From: Octopus vulgaris
Taxonomy: Eukaryota
Direction of reading: 5' to 3'
DNA: 64,000 nt
Assembly (NCBI GenBank): GCA_951406725.2
Contig: OX597828.1
Span: 29,822,001 to 29,886,000, forward strand
The translations under genes were made by a program, and so were the position numbers. The notes under the pieces were generated by a model. The model was not told where the DNA came from. It was given only the letters and a program-made list of their open reading frames with translations, and did no database searches. Of the stretch, positions 36,605 through 53,053 are shown piece after piece (the first letter of the stretch is position 1; the number at the start of each line of letters is the position of its first letter).

Positions 36605-37703
36605 TACTTTTTTTTTTCTTCTTTCAAATTTGCTTCAATTTCTTGCCGAGTGTCTTCCCGACTCCTAGGGCAAAGAAACTCATAGCATACATTGGTAGGC
36701 CATTAAACCAAACTCAGTAGTTCGTTCATTTTTTAATTTAAAAAAATTTTTTTTTTTAAGTTAAATTAAAATACATGAGCAGCAACAGTTCTCACATCGA
36801 CAATGCTCTTCTCAATACGTGTGATGTACCAGTTAAGACAATCTTTTGCACTTCTTGCAGGGATGGTAAGCCAGGGATCATTCTCATATAATTTTCGGTT
36901 CCCTTCTTGATCATTCCTAGTGCTCCTACGATCACTGGTATTGTAACCGCCTTGAGATGCCACATTTTCTCAATTTCAATGAGTAGGTCTTTATATTTTC
37001 TGAGCTTGTCAAACTCTTTCGCTGAGATATTATGATCACAGGGGATGCTCATGTCGATCAATAAGCAAACTTTATTGTTTTGGTCTTTCACAACAATATC
37101 TGGTTTATTGGCCTTGATGGTTCGGTCTGTATGTACTGGAAAGTCCCACAGAATGGTTACATTTTCTCCTTCAGTTACAGCCTCAGTGTGGTGATTATAC
37201 CACTTGTCGGCAGTTTTGATATTGTAATGCCGACTTATTAGCCAGTGGAGATATTGGCCAACTCTGTCATGTCTTAATTTATACTCCACTGGTGCCAAGA
37301 CTTTACATCCAGAGATTAGGTGGTCCACTGTTTCAATCATGTCGTTGCAGAATCGGCATTTTGGGTCTGCTCCATTCTTCATCACATTGGCCTGGTAGTT
37401 CCGGGTTAATAGGCTTTGATCTTGAGAAGCCAGGATGAAACCTTCGCTCTCTGCTTTTAGCCCTGAGCTCCGTAGCCACTGATGGGTTTGCTTCTGGTCA
37501 ATATCAGCTTGTTTGCTGCGGATCACATATTTGCCGTGCAGAGGTTACTCCTCCCACCTATCAGCCAATTGCTCGTGCGCTTTCTTCATTGCCATCATTT
37601 TCACCTTCTTTGCAACAATAGTTGCCGTACTTCCCTCGGGTTGTTCAGTTTGGGTATCCTGCACGAGATCAATAGCAAATTTTTTGCTTTCCTTTATGAT
37701 AGA
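36605..37703 (-). mobile_element. R4/Dong-type LINE 3' portion with CCHC and restriction-like endonuclease, in (TAA)n
   Basis: ORF 36792-37526: CRFC...ETVDHLISGC, RHD, ILWD, ANKPDIVVKD...LLIDMSIP...KLRKYKDL, IPVIVGALG. The frame extends upstream past one stop. Both flanks are (TAA)n. Confidence 0.93.
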
Positions 37704-37782
<79 letters not shown>

Positions 37783-37787
<5 letters not shown>

Positions 37788-37925
37788 TAGTTTTATTTTA
37801 TAACGTACTTTCACTTCACTACCGAGCGCAGCTTTGTGTGTCTTGGGCATGTGTTGTGGTTTAGTGTGATGCCCTTATGGTTACTGCATCGAAAGTGTTT
37901 TGTCTAGGATGTTTGCAGTGCCATT
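37783..37925 (-). mobile_element. Short R4/Dong-type 3'UTR fragment
   Basis: Similar to the 3' end of the 8679 copy (TCAGTAGTTTTATT...CACTACCGAGCGCAGCT). Confidence 0.85.
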
Positions 37926-37929
37926 AGTG

Positions 37930-38029
<100 letters not shown>

Positions 38030-38479
38030 GTTGTTAAAATATTACTTCTACTAACAATAGAAATCATCTGTTCATTTCGTTTCGTATTATTTACGTTGCA
38101 TTTCAACCTACGAGTTCCTGAGATATAAGATACAGAAATAGTTATAGTTTGACTGACATGAAGATACACAGTGAAGAAGTGTTCACAGCAGAGTCACATA
38201 ACAATTTCCAACTAAACACGCACATTCTCGTATGCATTGCGCTTGTAACAAACAGATCTCATGCACGTAAGTGTAAAGGCGTCTGCTAAAACATGTATTC
38301 ATTTTCGGCAGATATAGGTATGAAACACATAATGAAACATACAAGGCGTGCACATATCACCTGGAGTCACACTATTGTAATTACTTTTGCTGTGCATCCT
38401 CACGAAGTTTTGTACACATACGTGTATCTACACAGAAACATAGGAAGATGAATATACACTCAATTTAAACGACACTGTA

Positions 38480-40680
<2,201 letters not shown>

Positions 40681-43337
40681 AAGTGTTGGTATTCAATAAA
40701 TCAAGAGGTTAAAAAAAATAGTACTTGATATCACGAACTTGCAAATGTTGAATCTCGTGGATTTGCTCGTATTTTCTCTCTCATTTACATCTGTTATGTT
40801 AAGCAAGCACTTAAAATCATGAAGGAACGGCATGCGTTGCAACTAGAATTTGCTTAGTCACTTAGCTAGAAGGATTGATTATTTCATTCCTCCTTTCATG
40901 TTTTTGATTTAGCAAGTTATCAAATCTTGATTCCATGTCTAGACAAGATTTAACCTCAAAACCTATGAATAAATTTTACAAATTCCTTTGCCTGTGTCCA
41001 TGGTTGTGACACTTATACTGTAAATTCTGTTGGTGTGAAACAACAATGCAGCGTCTAGAAATAACGAAATCGTTTTGAAATTTCCCTGAAATTTCTCTAC
41101 CGTTTGAAAACGAAGAATACGGTGAACTATATTGATTATATTTCTGAGAAAAGAAAAAGTGAACGGCTATAGCTTCATGCTCTTGATCATTGGTCTGTTT
41201 TCTTGGGAGTGACATGGCATTAAACTTTCAGTACTTTCAAGTTCTCGATGTTTTATTAGGTTTTCTAATTCAATATTGTAAATGGCAGGAGCTGTGTGAC
41301 ATAGCAGTGATAATCACGCCAGTGGGAAAATCTCCCTCCAAATCGATTAGCCGTCTTCCTATGTGAAGTACTGGCATTAGTCGTTGAGGAGTTCACGGAA
41401 CAATGGTAAAATGAATATTGCCCATATAGACAATAGAAGCAGGTGTCTTGAATCAATCGCAAATATTCTTCGGCAAAGCATTGTACGGTGAGCTTGTAAT
41501 TACTCACACTTACACGTATTGATCGCTTGCAACGCAATGGATGTTTAGTCACATTGAATAATATCGAGTGACAGTCAACTCCTCGTGATCTCGAAGCTGA
41601 GGTGATACAGGCTATTCGAAATATATTACTGAATGGTTTCTGGGTACTTTTATCTGGGTTTCAATCCTGAGAATACTTTGAAGAAGCTGGTAACTGTACT
41701 TGCCATGGAAGGTAAGCTGAGGTGCACTGAACTAAATAACATAAATACATCCATGCAAGAAAGGAAACGGTAGCAGTTGATACGCTGTGTATGGCTTGGA
41801 TGAAGAAGATGACGTTAGTGAGTTAATAAGTTTCATCGGATTCAGAATCGATTCAAGAAAATGAGCAAAAATTATATCGCTGCAGTTTAAATACATAAAA
41901 TTTTAGGCTTTGGACATCTACCCTACTATTTGTTGTTCATGTGATACCTTTTGGTATATTGTTATTTCCGGGCAGATCTAACATTTACACATGATGCATT
42001 TATATTTTATTTGGGAACATATTTTGAAGAATAAATTGCATTTTCTGGTCTTATCGGCAATGTGTTTACGTCAACAAAGTATTCTCTGCAACATAGTTAA
42101 AGAACCATTATGGGTTTGCTCATTCAATCATTCATGTCTGTCGCCAAGACAATTAGTTTGCTGTAGACATCACGTAGCTAACCTAAATGATTAGATGATT
42201 AATTTAAATGTCAATTACATGTAAGTAAAGTATGTAACTTGAGAAATTATCATAAAATAAATTTGGTTAGCACAAATCATTCACTCACAGTAATTCGATA
42301 ATATCAAATTCGAAATAGATTGAAGGGGGAAATGGATTTATTATTGCACGTCTTATCGATGACAGAGAAGAGGTATTTGCCGCAGATTTTTCTGAAATCT
42401 CAGATCTAAACCAGTCAATAAAATATGTACCAATAATAGACGTTTTAATCTGAAAATTAAAATAATGTAGAATTGAATGAAATAAAAGGATCATGTCTCT
42501 CAAAATTATGAAAGAATGACTGAAATTATTGTTTTGCAGGTAACGGAATGGAAATGGCATATCTGGTTATTGAAACTGAATCGTGGAATTTGTAACCATG
42601 ACGTTCCACCTCTTTTAGCTCTCATCCATTTTTATAAAATGTCATACAACAAAAATAAATTTGCCGGAAATATGCTACAGTACCGTGGTTGACCGAATAT
42701 AAAGGAAATAATATTAAGAGTCGTTCTTTGAGAGTTCTCAGGAATAATGACTTTATCCAGAAATAGCATTGCATTGTGAAGAGTAGTCTAGAATACTAAG
42801 AATAACAATGCAAACAAGAAAAAATGTCTTCAGATATACTACTTACGTGTTCTCTTAGACAATGGCTTTTGCAGATAATCTAGATGACAAGTCTCATAAA
42901 TTACCCTATCATCATCATCATCCTCATCATCGTAGTGGTCGTCGTGGTCGTGGTCGTCGTAATTGTCGTAGTCGTAATCGTCATCATCATCATCATCATC
43001 ATCATCATCTTCATCATTATTATTGAAATTTATGGTTCAGCAAAACAATGACCGAACAATAAAAGAATTAATTAACTGTTGGGAGACGCTATGTCTGCTT
43101 GTATTCGGTGGTATTATTTGTACATGAATTGTTGAGTTTTACTGATAATAATAATCTATTTTCATCTGCCGATCATAATTGACGAAAGATTTGCGGTTAT
43201 CATATGATAACAAACAATACAACAGTCTTATATTTGCCCTGTTTTTTTTTTTTACGCACACTCGCCAGGAGCACTCTCATACGCACACGTTTAAACAACG
43301 TGCCGGAGGGAGAATGACCAAGTGAGAAAACACAATG

Positions 43338-43396
<59 letters not shown>

Positions 43397-43498
43397 CATA
43401 CATATCTATCTATCTATCTATCTATATATCTATCTATCTATCTATCTATCTATCTCTTTATATATATACATGCATATATATATATACACATGCATATG

Positions 43499-43799
43499 AA
43501 GGCGCATGGCTTAGTGGCTAGGGGTATTCGGCTCACGATTGTAAGTATGTGAGCTTAATTCCTGGTGACGCGTTCTGTCCTTGAGCAAAACACTTTATTT
43601 CATGTTGCTTCAGTCCACTCAGCTGGCAAAAAAGAGTAGTACCTGTATTTCAAAGGGACAGCCTTGACACACTTTGTCTCACGCCGAATCTCCCTGAGAA
43701 CTGCGTTAAGCGTACACGTGTCTGTGGAGTGCTCAGCCACTTAGACCTTAATTTCACGAGCAAACTGTTCCGTTGATCGGATCAAGTGGAACGCTCGTC
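43499..43799 (+). mobile_element. Third tRNA-derived SINE (family C)
   Basis: A-box TGGCTTAGTGG, degenerate B box, TGTCCTTGAGCAAAACACTT core-like motif; only one copy in the window. Confidence 0.6.
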
Positions 43800-43800
43800 T

Positions 43801-44180
43801 AGGCGCAGGAGTGACTGTGTGGAAAGAAGCTTGCTTCCCTACCACATGGCTACGGATTCAGTCCCACTGGTTGGAACCTAGTACAAGTCTCTTCTACAGG
43901 CCGACCGAAGCTTTGTGAGTGAATTCGGTAGACGGAATCTGAAAGAAGGACATCGTGTAATATTTATATATATTTGTGTGTCTATGTTTGCCCCCCCCCC
44001 CATCACCACTTGACAACCGGTGTGGGCGTATTTACGTCCCCCTAACTTAGATGTTCGGCAAAAAAACCGATACAATAGGTACCAGGTTTAAAACATAAGT
44101 ACTGGGGTCGATTTATTCGACAAAAACTTCAAGGCGGTGGCCCAGCATAGCCACAGTCTAATCACCAAAGCAAGTAAACT
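43801..44180 (+). mobile_element. SINE family B, directly after the family C copy
   Basis: AGGCGCAGGAGTGACTGTGTGG...CCAGCATAGCCACAGTC. Confidence 0.85.
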
Positions 44181-44206
44181 AAAAAAATAGTATGCTTAAA
44201 GAAGGC

Positions 44207-44256
<50 letters not shown>

Positions 44257-44734
44257 GATGGAGACATATATATATATATATATATATAAGAAAGGGAGGA
44301 AAAAGTGAGGGAGTCAGAGAGAAAAAAAGATAGAGACAGATAGACAGAGAAAGAGAGAAGGAGGGAAGGAGAGTAAGAATAAACGTTTGAGGTGTTTTCT
44401 TTGTAAGTTTTTTATAAGAGAATTATTGAATCCTCACTTCGATATCTAGTTACAAATCGTCGGCAAATTTTATACCCTAAACTGACGATTTTACTCATGA
44501 AAGACCAAAATTTTCGACGTCACTCAGAAATATTACACTGGTATAACCCGTGTTGCAGAATGCCTTTCTTTGTAGAGGAATCTGTTTTAATTGTTTCTTA
44601 TCCGGTGCCTATATATTAGCGGCAGTAAATCAGAGATATTTGAAAAGTAACTTAACTCTGAAAATATTTCAGTTTAATATTTAGATTCAGACACACATGG
44701 ACACACGCATACACACACACACAACACACAGACG

Positions 44735-44806
<72 letters not shown>

Positions 44807-46374
44807 TGCAGTTACACACACATGCAGACAGAAGGAAATTACTATTAAAATTTTCTGCTTACCTACACCTCGGTCATGGTATAGAGCTTCATGATTGACC
44901 AATGGCACAGAATATCAATATCTGCAGGACATTGTCGATACCGAAAATCCACCGTAAACGTTGATGGTTTAAATCACAAGCCAATCAAAAGTATTGAATT
45001 CTATTCTGCACAGTGCAGAAAGTTGGCAAGTCTAAAATATATCAAGAGCCTTGCGAAAACATCGCGAAACTAATTAAATGGTCTCATCGTTGACAGTGAA
45101 ATAAGTTCCATTTTGAAGCGAAGAGGGGTCGTGACACATTAATGAATATGAACTCCGATTTGATAATCAAAATTAGCAAAGTGGTCGAATATATTTGTCA
45201 AAGCGGGTGAGGTATGAAATGCTAAATAGTGTGTTTACAATTCATGTGGTGCAAATTTTTAGAGATGTTATTTTCCTACATGAGCCTGTCTTCTACGAAT
45301 ATCAGCAGTAAAGGGAAGAAATATATGGATTGAAGAAAATGTACATTAGCTATAAATAGATATAGAGCTTAAACATAGTTATATATTTATAGATAAATAA
45401 AAAAAGAAACCATGAATGAAAAATGCATCAATAACCATGGTATGGAGAAATAAGAAAATAGCAATAAAAGAATGAAATGTAAAAAACCCTCAATAAAATG
45501 CACAATAAAATATTTAATAAATCAAGAGAATAAATCAACACGATTTCTCCAATGAAAGCTAGGAAAGGAAAGAAAAGGAAAAAACTGAAAAACTTCCTAT
45601 AATGAGGATATATTTCAGCATCGAAGTACAGAATAACAATATATATTTCTTAGGAGCAAGAATGTTTTATTTACAAAAGTGCAGAAAGACATCCCGTGAA
45701 GAGTTTAGCTTGTGAAGATGTAAGCAGAAGATTCTACGAAGTAAAGATTTTGTAGTTAACGTATTTTAGTTTATTCCTTAGTGAAGAGATCATTTGTTAT
45801 GACATTATAACATTAGTGATATGTTTTCAAAGTGTAAAGGTATGACCGTTGCGCAATATATCAACGCTTTGTAATTGATTTATTTTTAAAGATGTTCTTT
45901 GTAAAAAATATAAAATATAAGACAGTGAGAAACATCGACCACGCGATTCAGAATATACGTGGCATCACCGAGGGAAACAAAAATGAAGTATTTCTTCTAT
46001 TTACTGTATTTTTATTCATGTTTATGTGTGTTTACAGAGGAAGCAAATTCTGGAAAGCGGTCTAACTGCGCTGAAATGAATACTTCTCAGGAATGAATAT
46101 ATCTTATTTGCTGGGGAAAATCTTACACATAATTTCAAGCCTCCAGTTTTCAGAAACTCATCAATTCAAATGATGGTCTCTCAAAGTGTCTTCAATGCCA
46201 AGAATTTTACATATTCTTGGACGAATTTATACAAAAACGCTGTATTATTTTTTAGGAATATAATTTTAAACAGGCTACTGGCATTTGATTTGAGATTAAG
46301 AAATGCTAGCAATACTACGTTTATCACTCTGATATTCATATAATGATGATGATGATGATGATGTTGATAACGAC

Positions 46375-46414
<40 letters not shown>

Positions 46415-46628
46415 TATCCTTTCTGCTAAAGATACAAGGTTTGACATTTTTGGGAGGGGACTAGACAATTACATCGACCCCAGTGTTTCACTGGCACTTA
46501 ATTTATCGACTAGCGAAAGGATGAAAAGCCAAATCGACCTCGGCAGAATTTGAACTGAGAACGTAAAGACGGAGGAAATGCCGCTAAGCATCTTATCCGG
46601 TGGCATGCTAACGAGTCTGCCAGCTCGT
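46415..46628 (-). mobile_element. SINE family A, tail type 1
   Basis: Reverse-complement match to family A, between (GAT)n and (AAT)n. Confidence 0.8.
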
Positions 46629-46643
46629 AGTCTTATAATAATG

Positions 46644-46881
<238 letters not shown>

Positions 46882-46883
46882 GA

Positions 46884-47805
46884 ATATTGCCACAATTGGC
46901 CTAGACACCTACCTGAAAAATCTGAGTACTGGATGTTAAAACTTGTCTCAAAACATGAAAACAAGAAAGCATCATACTCTGTAACAAAACAGGCAAAGGG
47001 ATATCTAAGTGAATTCCAAATACAACAAATTCCAGAATTAGACATACGAGAAACAAGCGCAGAAAAAGCTAAGCGCGTGAAAACCCGTGCTAAAATTGCT
47101 GCCTTAGATATTCTGACTGATAAATGACAAGAAAAGCCTCTCAATAGCAAATACCTAAAGAGAGCGAATAATGCCGATGTTGACAATGCCCTGAGCCATC
47201 AATGGCTAATGGACTCTGGCTTAAAATCTGAAACAAAAGGGTTTATCTTAGGAGCTCAAGATCAATGCCTACCTACAAGGAACTACCAGGCCAACATATT
47301 AAAGAACCGCAGTAGATCAAAATGTCATATACGTCAACAACAATATGAAACCATTGATCATGTTGTCTCCAAATGCAGTCTTCTTGCGCCTACAGTGTAT
47401 CTCAACAGGCATGATAGAGCTGCACAATATATTCACTGGGTAATTTGCAAAACTCTGGATTTGCCCCATGATAAAAACTGATAAAACACAAACCACCTCC
47501 ACTGCTTGAAAATGAACACATCTCACTCCTCTGGAACTTCACCATTCAAACTGACAGAAAGATAGATGCGAATAGGCTAGATATCATATTGAAAGACTTC
47601 AGACAAAAATCACGCCTCCTCAATGAAATGGCTGTCCCAATCAATATAAACGTATCTGTCAAGACCTCCCAAAAACTGAGCAAATATAAAGATCTTGAAA
47701 TAGAGATTAACAAAATGTGGAACCTGAAGACTAAAACAATACCTGTTGTCATAGCAAAAGGGGCTGATTGCTACCTAGCTCAGATACCAGGAAACCCCCA
47801 AATGC
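46884..47805 (+). mobile_element. R4/Dong-type LINE fragment (another subfamily) after (AAT)n
   Basis: One frame with stops: HQWLMDSGLKSETKGFILGAQDQCLPTRNY...RHDRAAQYIHW...LSKYKDLEIEINKMWNLKTKTIPVVI. Confidence 0.9.
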
Positions 47806-48099
47806 GGACAGCTGACACTTTCTATCATACCCAGCAAAATAAGCTGTGAGACTTCATATAATAATAATATAAATAATAACAACAGCAACAACAACAACAA
47901 AAACAACAATAATAATGATAATAATATTCAGAGTTAGTCACAAAGCACAAAAATGCTGCCACAAGAGCGACACTGACAGGCTATACCTAACTATGTGAAA
48001 TGTGTTAATCAGCTGTGAAATTTGTATATTCTCAGAAGAAAATAGTTTAGGGTGATATATCAATACTGCTATAGGACACTGCTGGGTAGGGAGAGATAT

Positions 48100-48960
48100 T
48101 CAGGATAGATGTTACTGTGAAAACAGAAGAGGACAGAGAGAAACAGGGTAAGGAAGGAAAAAAATGAAATGAAAACGTCGTACAGAAAGTTTGAGAGAGA
48201 TGTAAGAAGGAATCTCACATCGATGGGAGACCAAATTAGACCCACTTGAAGCAAGAGAAAGAAGCGCTTATCCGTGTTATGCAGAGACAATCATCTGGGA
48301 CAAATTACACTAACGCAAGATTGACAATACGACTGAAATTGGCAAATGCAGGTTGTGCAGTGAAAAGGAGGGACTGTGCAGCATATTGTAAATGAGTGCT
48401 CAATGTTGGCCCCAAAAGGATACAGAAAAAGATACGATAATATCGCAAGAATGATTCGTCTGGAGCTGTTTGGAAAGTATGAGTCGGGTAGAGCAAAGAT
48501 ATAGTAGTGCAAACTGCAGAAGAAATAATCGAGACTGACAAGGTAGGGAAAAAGCAAAATTTCATGAGCCAATGTGATCATCAAATACTGAATATGAAAA
48601 GTCGGATGTGGAGGTTGTGTATAAGAAGGACATAAAATCTGTTTAATCACAGATATTGCATATCATAGTGATGGTATATGTCGGTAAATGAAAACGAGAA
48701 GCAGGTCATATATGCTGATTTGTACGGGGAAATAAAACAAATCATCTCTTTGAAGAGTACGTATGCTATACCTGTTTTGGTATAGGCTTCGGTAATATAA
48801 GTAGGAAGCCCACAAACTGGATTCAAAAGATAGGGGTATGTGTGAAGATAGAGTAACCGCAGAAAATAGTTTTCCTTAGAACTGCACAAGTTATCCAAGG
48901 TTTCTTTAAATCTAAATGGAGAGAGTTAACTTAGTCCACTACTTATGGACAGCTAACACT
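48100..48960 (+). mobile_element. Highly decayed R4/Dong-type LINE fragment
   Basis: Across frameshifts: CRLCSEK...VQHIVNECSMLAPKGYRKRYDNIARMI, and LELHKLS/LRTAQVI-like C-terminal remnants. Confidence 0.65.
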
Positions 48961-49252
48961 TTGTTACATACTCCGGCGCACTTGCAGTGTCAAAGAAGGT
49001 AAAATGAATTAAACCCTCTCCGCAAAGTCACTGACACGAGGCCAGCGATTTTGCGGGGAGGGATTAAACGACTACAATCAGACATAACCCTCGACGGTTC
49101 CTTTGTATATCGAATCGGGGGGGGGATAGACGACGATTTGAGATTAGAATATAAGGAGCTGGAACAAATAACACGCGATTTTTTCCCGGCCACTATGACG
49201 ATTACACTAATCTATCACAATTATTAGAACAACAGCGATAACAAGAATAATC

Positions 49253-49452
49253 ATTTCTACCATAGGCACATGCACTGCCATTTTGGTGGATGAGGCTAAT
49301 CGATTTCAGTGACTACATTCCTCTAGTGGTACTTATTTCCTCCACCCCGAGAGGATGAAAGGCAAAGTCGACTACGGCAGAATTTGAACGCAGAAGAAAT
49401 GTCGCGAAGCATTTTGTAGGGTGCAGTTATGATTCTTCCAGCTCGCCACCTT
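49253..49452 (-). mobile_element. Old SINE family A copy
   Basis: GAGAGGATGAAAGGCAAAGTCGAC...CCAGCTCGCCACCTT. Confidence 0.75.
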
Positions 49453-50074
49453 AATGACAATAATAAAAGTGATTCGTATTTTATTGATCCCGGAACTGTG
49501 AAAGCTACCGTTAATGTTGGAGAGATATCGTACCAGAAATTCAAGGTATGTCACCGAATACGGTTCGATTTTTTTGTCACTCCTCTACCGATCCGCCAAC
49601 GCAAAATTTTTCACGAATACATAATATTGATATGTTATATATCATACAGGATTTACTGGGCAATACTAATTGCAATAATAATATTAGTTGCCAAATATGA
49701 ACAGTTTATAATCCACGAATCTGCTTATCGCCATCAATTTCAAAATGCAGTAATTCTGAGAATGACAGCTCTAAAGAAGCATCATGTAATCCTAGATAAT
49801 TCAAGAAATAGCAGCGCGTTAGAAAAGCTTATTTTGGGGTTGAACAGGAGGTGAAATAAGCCTGACATCTAATGCTGGCCTTATCAACCGTTTTAAGTAA
49901 TGGAAAATTAATACTGTCTTGTGGCATTCTGACCATACAACTAAATTCTTGTAAAACACATATTAACCTATCAAACTGAATATTGTGAAAGTCCCTTACG
50001 TATTTCTCTGAGATATGTTTTGAGTACGTACGAACAGTGATATACATGCATACATACAAACATGCATACATACA

Positions 50075-50132
<58 letters not shown>

Positions 50133-50137
50133 AAAGC

Positions 50138-50190
<53 letters not shown>

Positions 50191-50263
50191 ACACACACAT
50201 ACAAGTATATATAAATAAATATAAATAAATGAAAGAATGGAGTCGAACGACGATTTAACAAAG

Positions 50264-50362
50264 TTCCTTTATTCTCGACATATGTTTCGAAGACTGCATA
50301 TTCTTAATTCCGAAGGAATAAAGGGTGCATTATGCCGCCTTCTCATCAAGAAAGACAAGGAA
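50264..50362 (-). ncRNA. Putative minimal type I hammerhead ribozyme within a Penelope-like terminal repeat
   Basis: Minus strand: TTCCTTGTCTTTC-TTGATGA-GAAGGC...GTCTTC-GAAA-C-ATAT-G-TC^GAGAATAAAGGAA. Stems I and II pair, helix III is one pair with a palindromic ATAT loop, and the core has C3 changed to U. Confidence 0.6.
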
Positions 50363-50437
50363 CTTATGTCAGCATCATGACGAACAAAAACTGTTAGACG
50401 ACTGCCCACACGGATAATTCATTCAACTACTTAAATA

Positions 50438-50511
<74 letters not shown>

Positions 50512-50987
50512 TACGCACACATAAGTGTACACATTTACTTTGTATATAAACTGTAGAACTGAAGACAACGCTTCTAACCGTTCATCGTATGTCGATCCTG
50601 TACTACATTCTGGCGTGAAGTACACTTTCTTTCCTTCATTACGGAACACAGGAAGAGATCCAGTCAAACACACGCTCACACATATAAAAATACATACACA
50701 CACAAATACACATATACGTTAAGACTTAAGGATGGAGACGGAGACAGACAGAGTGACAAACATCTAGCTACTCCCTGAGATGATGGCCAACCATATTTGT
50801 TGAAAATTGTTCATGACACTTAGCTTTGGCTGGCCATTCCCACTCGTTGTCATGATGAGAGTACTTCTGCAAAGAAGTTATTGATAGTACGATCACACTT
50901 TGAATGCATGATTTGAAGCTTTAATCAATCTTTAAGTTTTAGTCGGAAGAAATATGTAAACTCGCCTATATGATTTTTAGGTGCTTG

Positions 50988-51200
50988 AAGGCGGCGAGCT
51001 GGCAGAAACGTTTGCCCGTCGGGCGAAAAGCGTAGCTGTATTTCGTCTGCCGTTACGTTCTGAGTTCAAATTCCGCCGAGGTCGACTTTACCTTTCATCC
51101 TTTCGGGGTCGATAAATTAAGTACCAGTTACGCACTGGGGTCGTTTGTCTGTCCTTGTTTGTCCCCTCTATGTTTAGCCCCTTGTGGGTAGTAAAAAAAT
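50988..51200 (+). mobile_element. SINE family A, tail type 2
   Basis: Tail GTCCCCTCTATGTTTAGCCCCTTGTGGGTAGTAAAAAAAT. Confidence 0.88.
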
Positions 51201-52091
51201 ATATATGATATTTAGGTGCTGTTAGTAAAATGTAAGCTTCTCTCTTGGTGAATTCCATCTTTTCGCGTAACAACTTTTCGTGACTGCATGTAATATAACA
51301 CTAGCATTATTTTAACTTATCTAATTCTGCTTATACTTACACAATACATCGCGCTGATGTCAACTATTGTTCTAGGTTCTGTTCCTTCTTTCTATGTTCT
51401 TCACATGAAGATATGTTTGTTTACAGATTTTCAGCTGTTTTTTGAACAAATCAGTCAGTTTCAGTCGCCAGTTCTCATTTATTAATCAACAACCGAACAA
51501 CTAACCGTCAAGGTTTATTAACGCGTTGCGTGTTAGCTATCATCATTATACTACAAGTGTAGCCATATTTAAATGATCTCCGAATTCTGTCTTATTTACG
51601 GATTAAATCTGATTGCTCTCAGTAATGTTTGATTGCAAGAGGTCGAGAATAAACCTTTCGTGTTTGATTGCTAAAAATGAAAACAGATAGTTCAGGTTTC
51701 ACATGCAGTAAGACCGAGAGAATGTGACGCACTGTGCCGTACATATTGCACACACGTTTGTTATAATCAGCGAACAATAACATATGTGGAAGGAAGCGTA
51801 ACATCCGATACTTCACACAGGAAATTTTCTCACGTCAGCCCCCTTGCTTCAAGCTATTTCTAGAAATTAGTTCTGACAATATTTTCACTCTGTTCTTGGT
51901 ACATGTTCACAAAATCTTTTTCGGTTCTTTTCTGACGATGCTATTTCATCTCGATTACAGATGGAGGGGCTTTTCTCTCACGGTCATTAGGCTATGCGCT
52001 TATTTCTTCTTCTTCTTCTTCTTCTTCTTCTTCTTCTTCTTCTTCTTCTTCTTCTTCTTCTTCTTCTTCTTCTTCTCCTCTTCTTCTTCTT

Positions 52092-52560
<469 letters not shown>

Positions 52561-52574
52561 CATTATTATTATCA

Positions 52575-52967
52575 TTCGGTAGTTTTATTTTTATAGCGTG
52601 CTTTCACTTCACTACCGAGCACAGCTCTGTGTGCCTTGGGTATGTGCTGTGATTTGTTGTGATGCTCTGATGGTTATTGTATGGAAAGTGTTCTGCGTAG
52701 GATGTGTGCAGTGCCTAGTAGTGCAATTTTCTGTATGTTATATGTGTTTGTAAGTCCTGGTGTTTTTGTTATGTATTTGTCTGAATATTTTTTTATCATG
52801 CCTAATGCACCTACTATGATAGGAATTGTTTCTGTTTTCAGATTCCACATTCTAGTTACCTCTATTTCCAGGTCTTTGTATTTTGAGAGTTTCTCCATTT
52901 CTTTTAGAGACACGTTGTCATCAGCCGGTATTGATACATCAATTAGAAAGCATTTTTTCTTCTTCAT
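52575..52967 (-). mobile_element. R4/Dong-type 3' end, same subfamily as the 8679 copy
   Basis: ORF 52674-52967 CFLIDVSIPADDNVSLKEMEKLSKYKDLEIE...AHILRRTLSIQ; near-identical 3'UTR. Confidence 0.92.
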
Positions 52968-52975
52968 TATTATTC

Positions 52976-53008
<33 letters not shown>

Positions 53009-53016
53009 GTTGTTAC

Positions 53017-53053
<37 letters not shown>

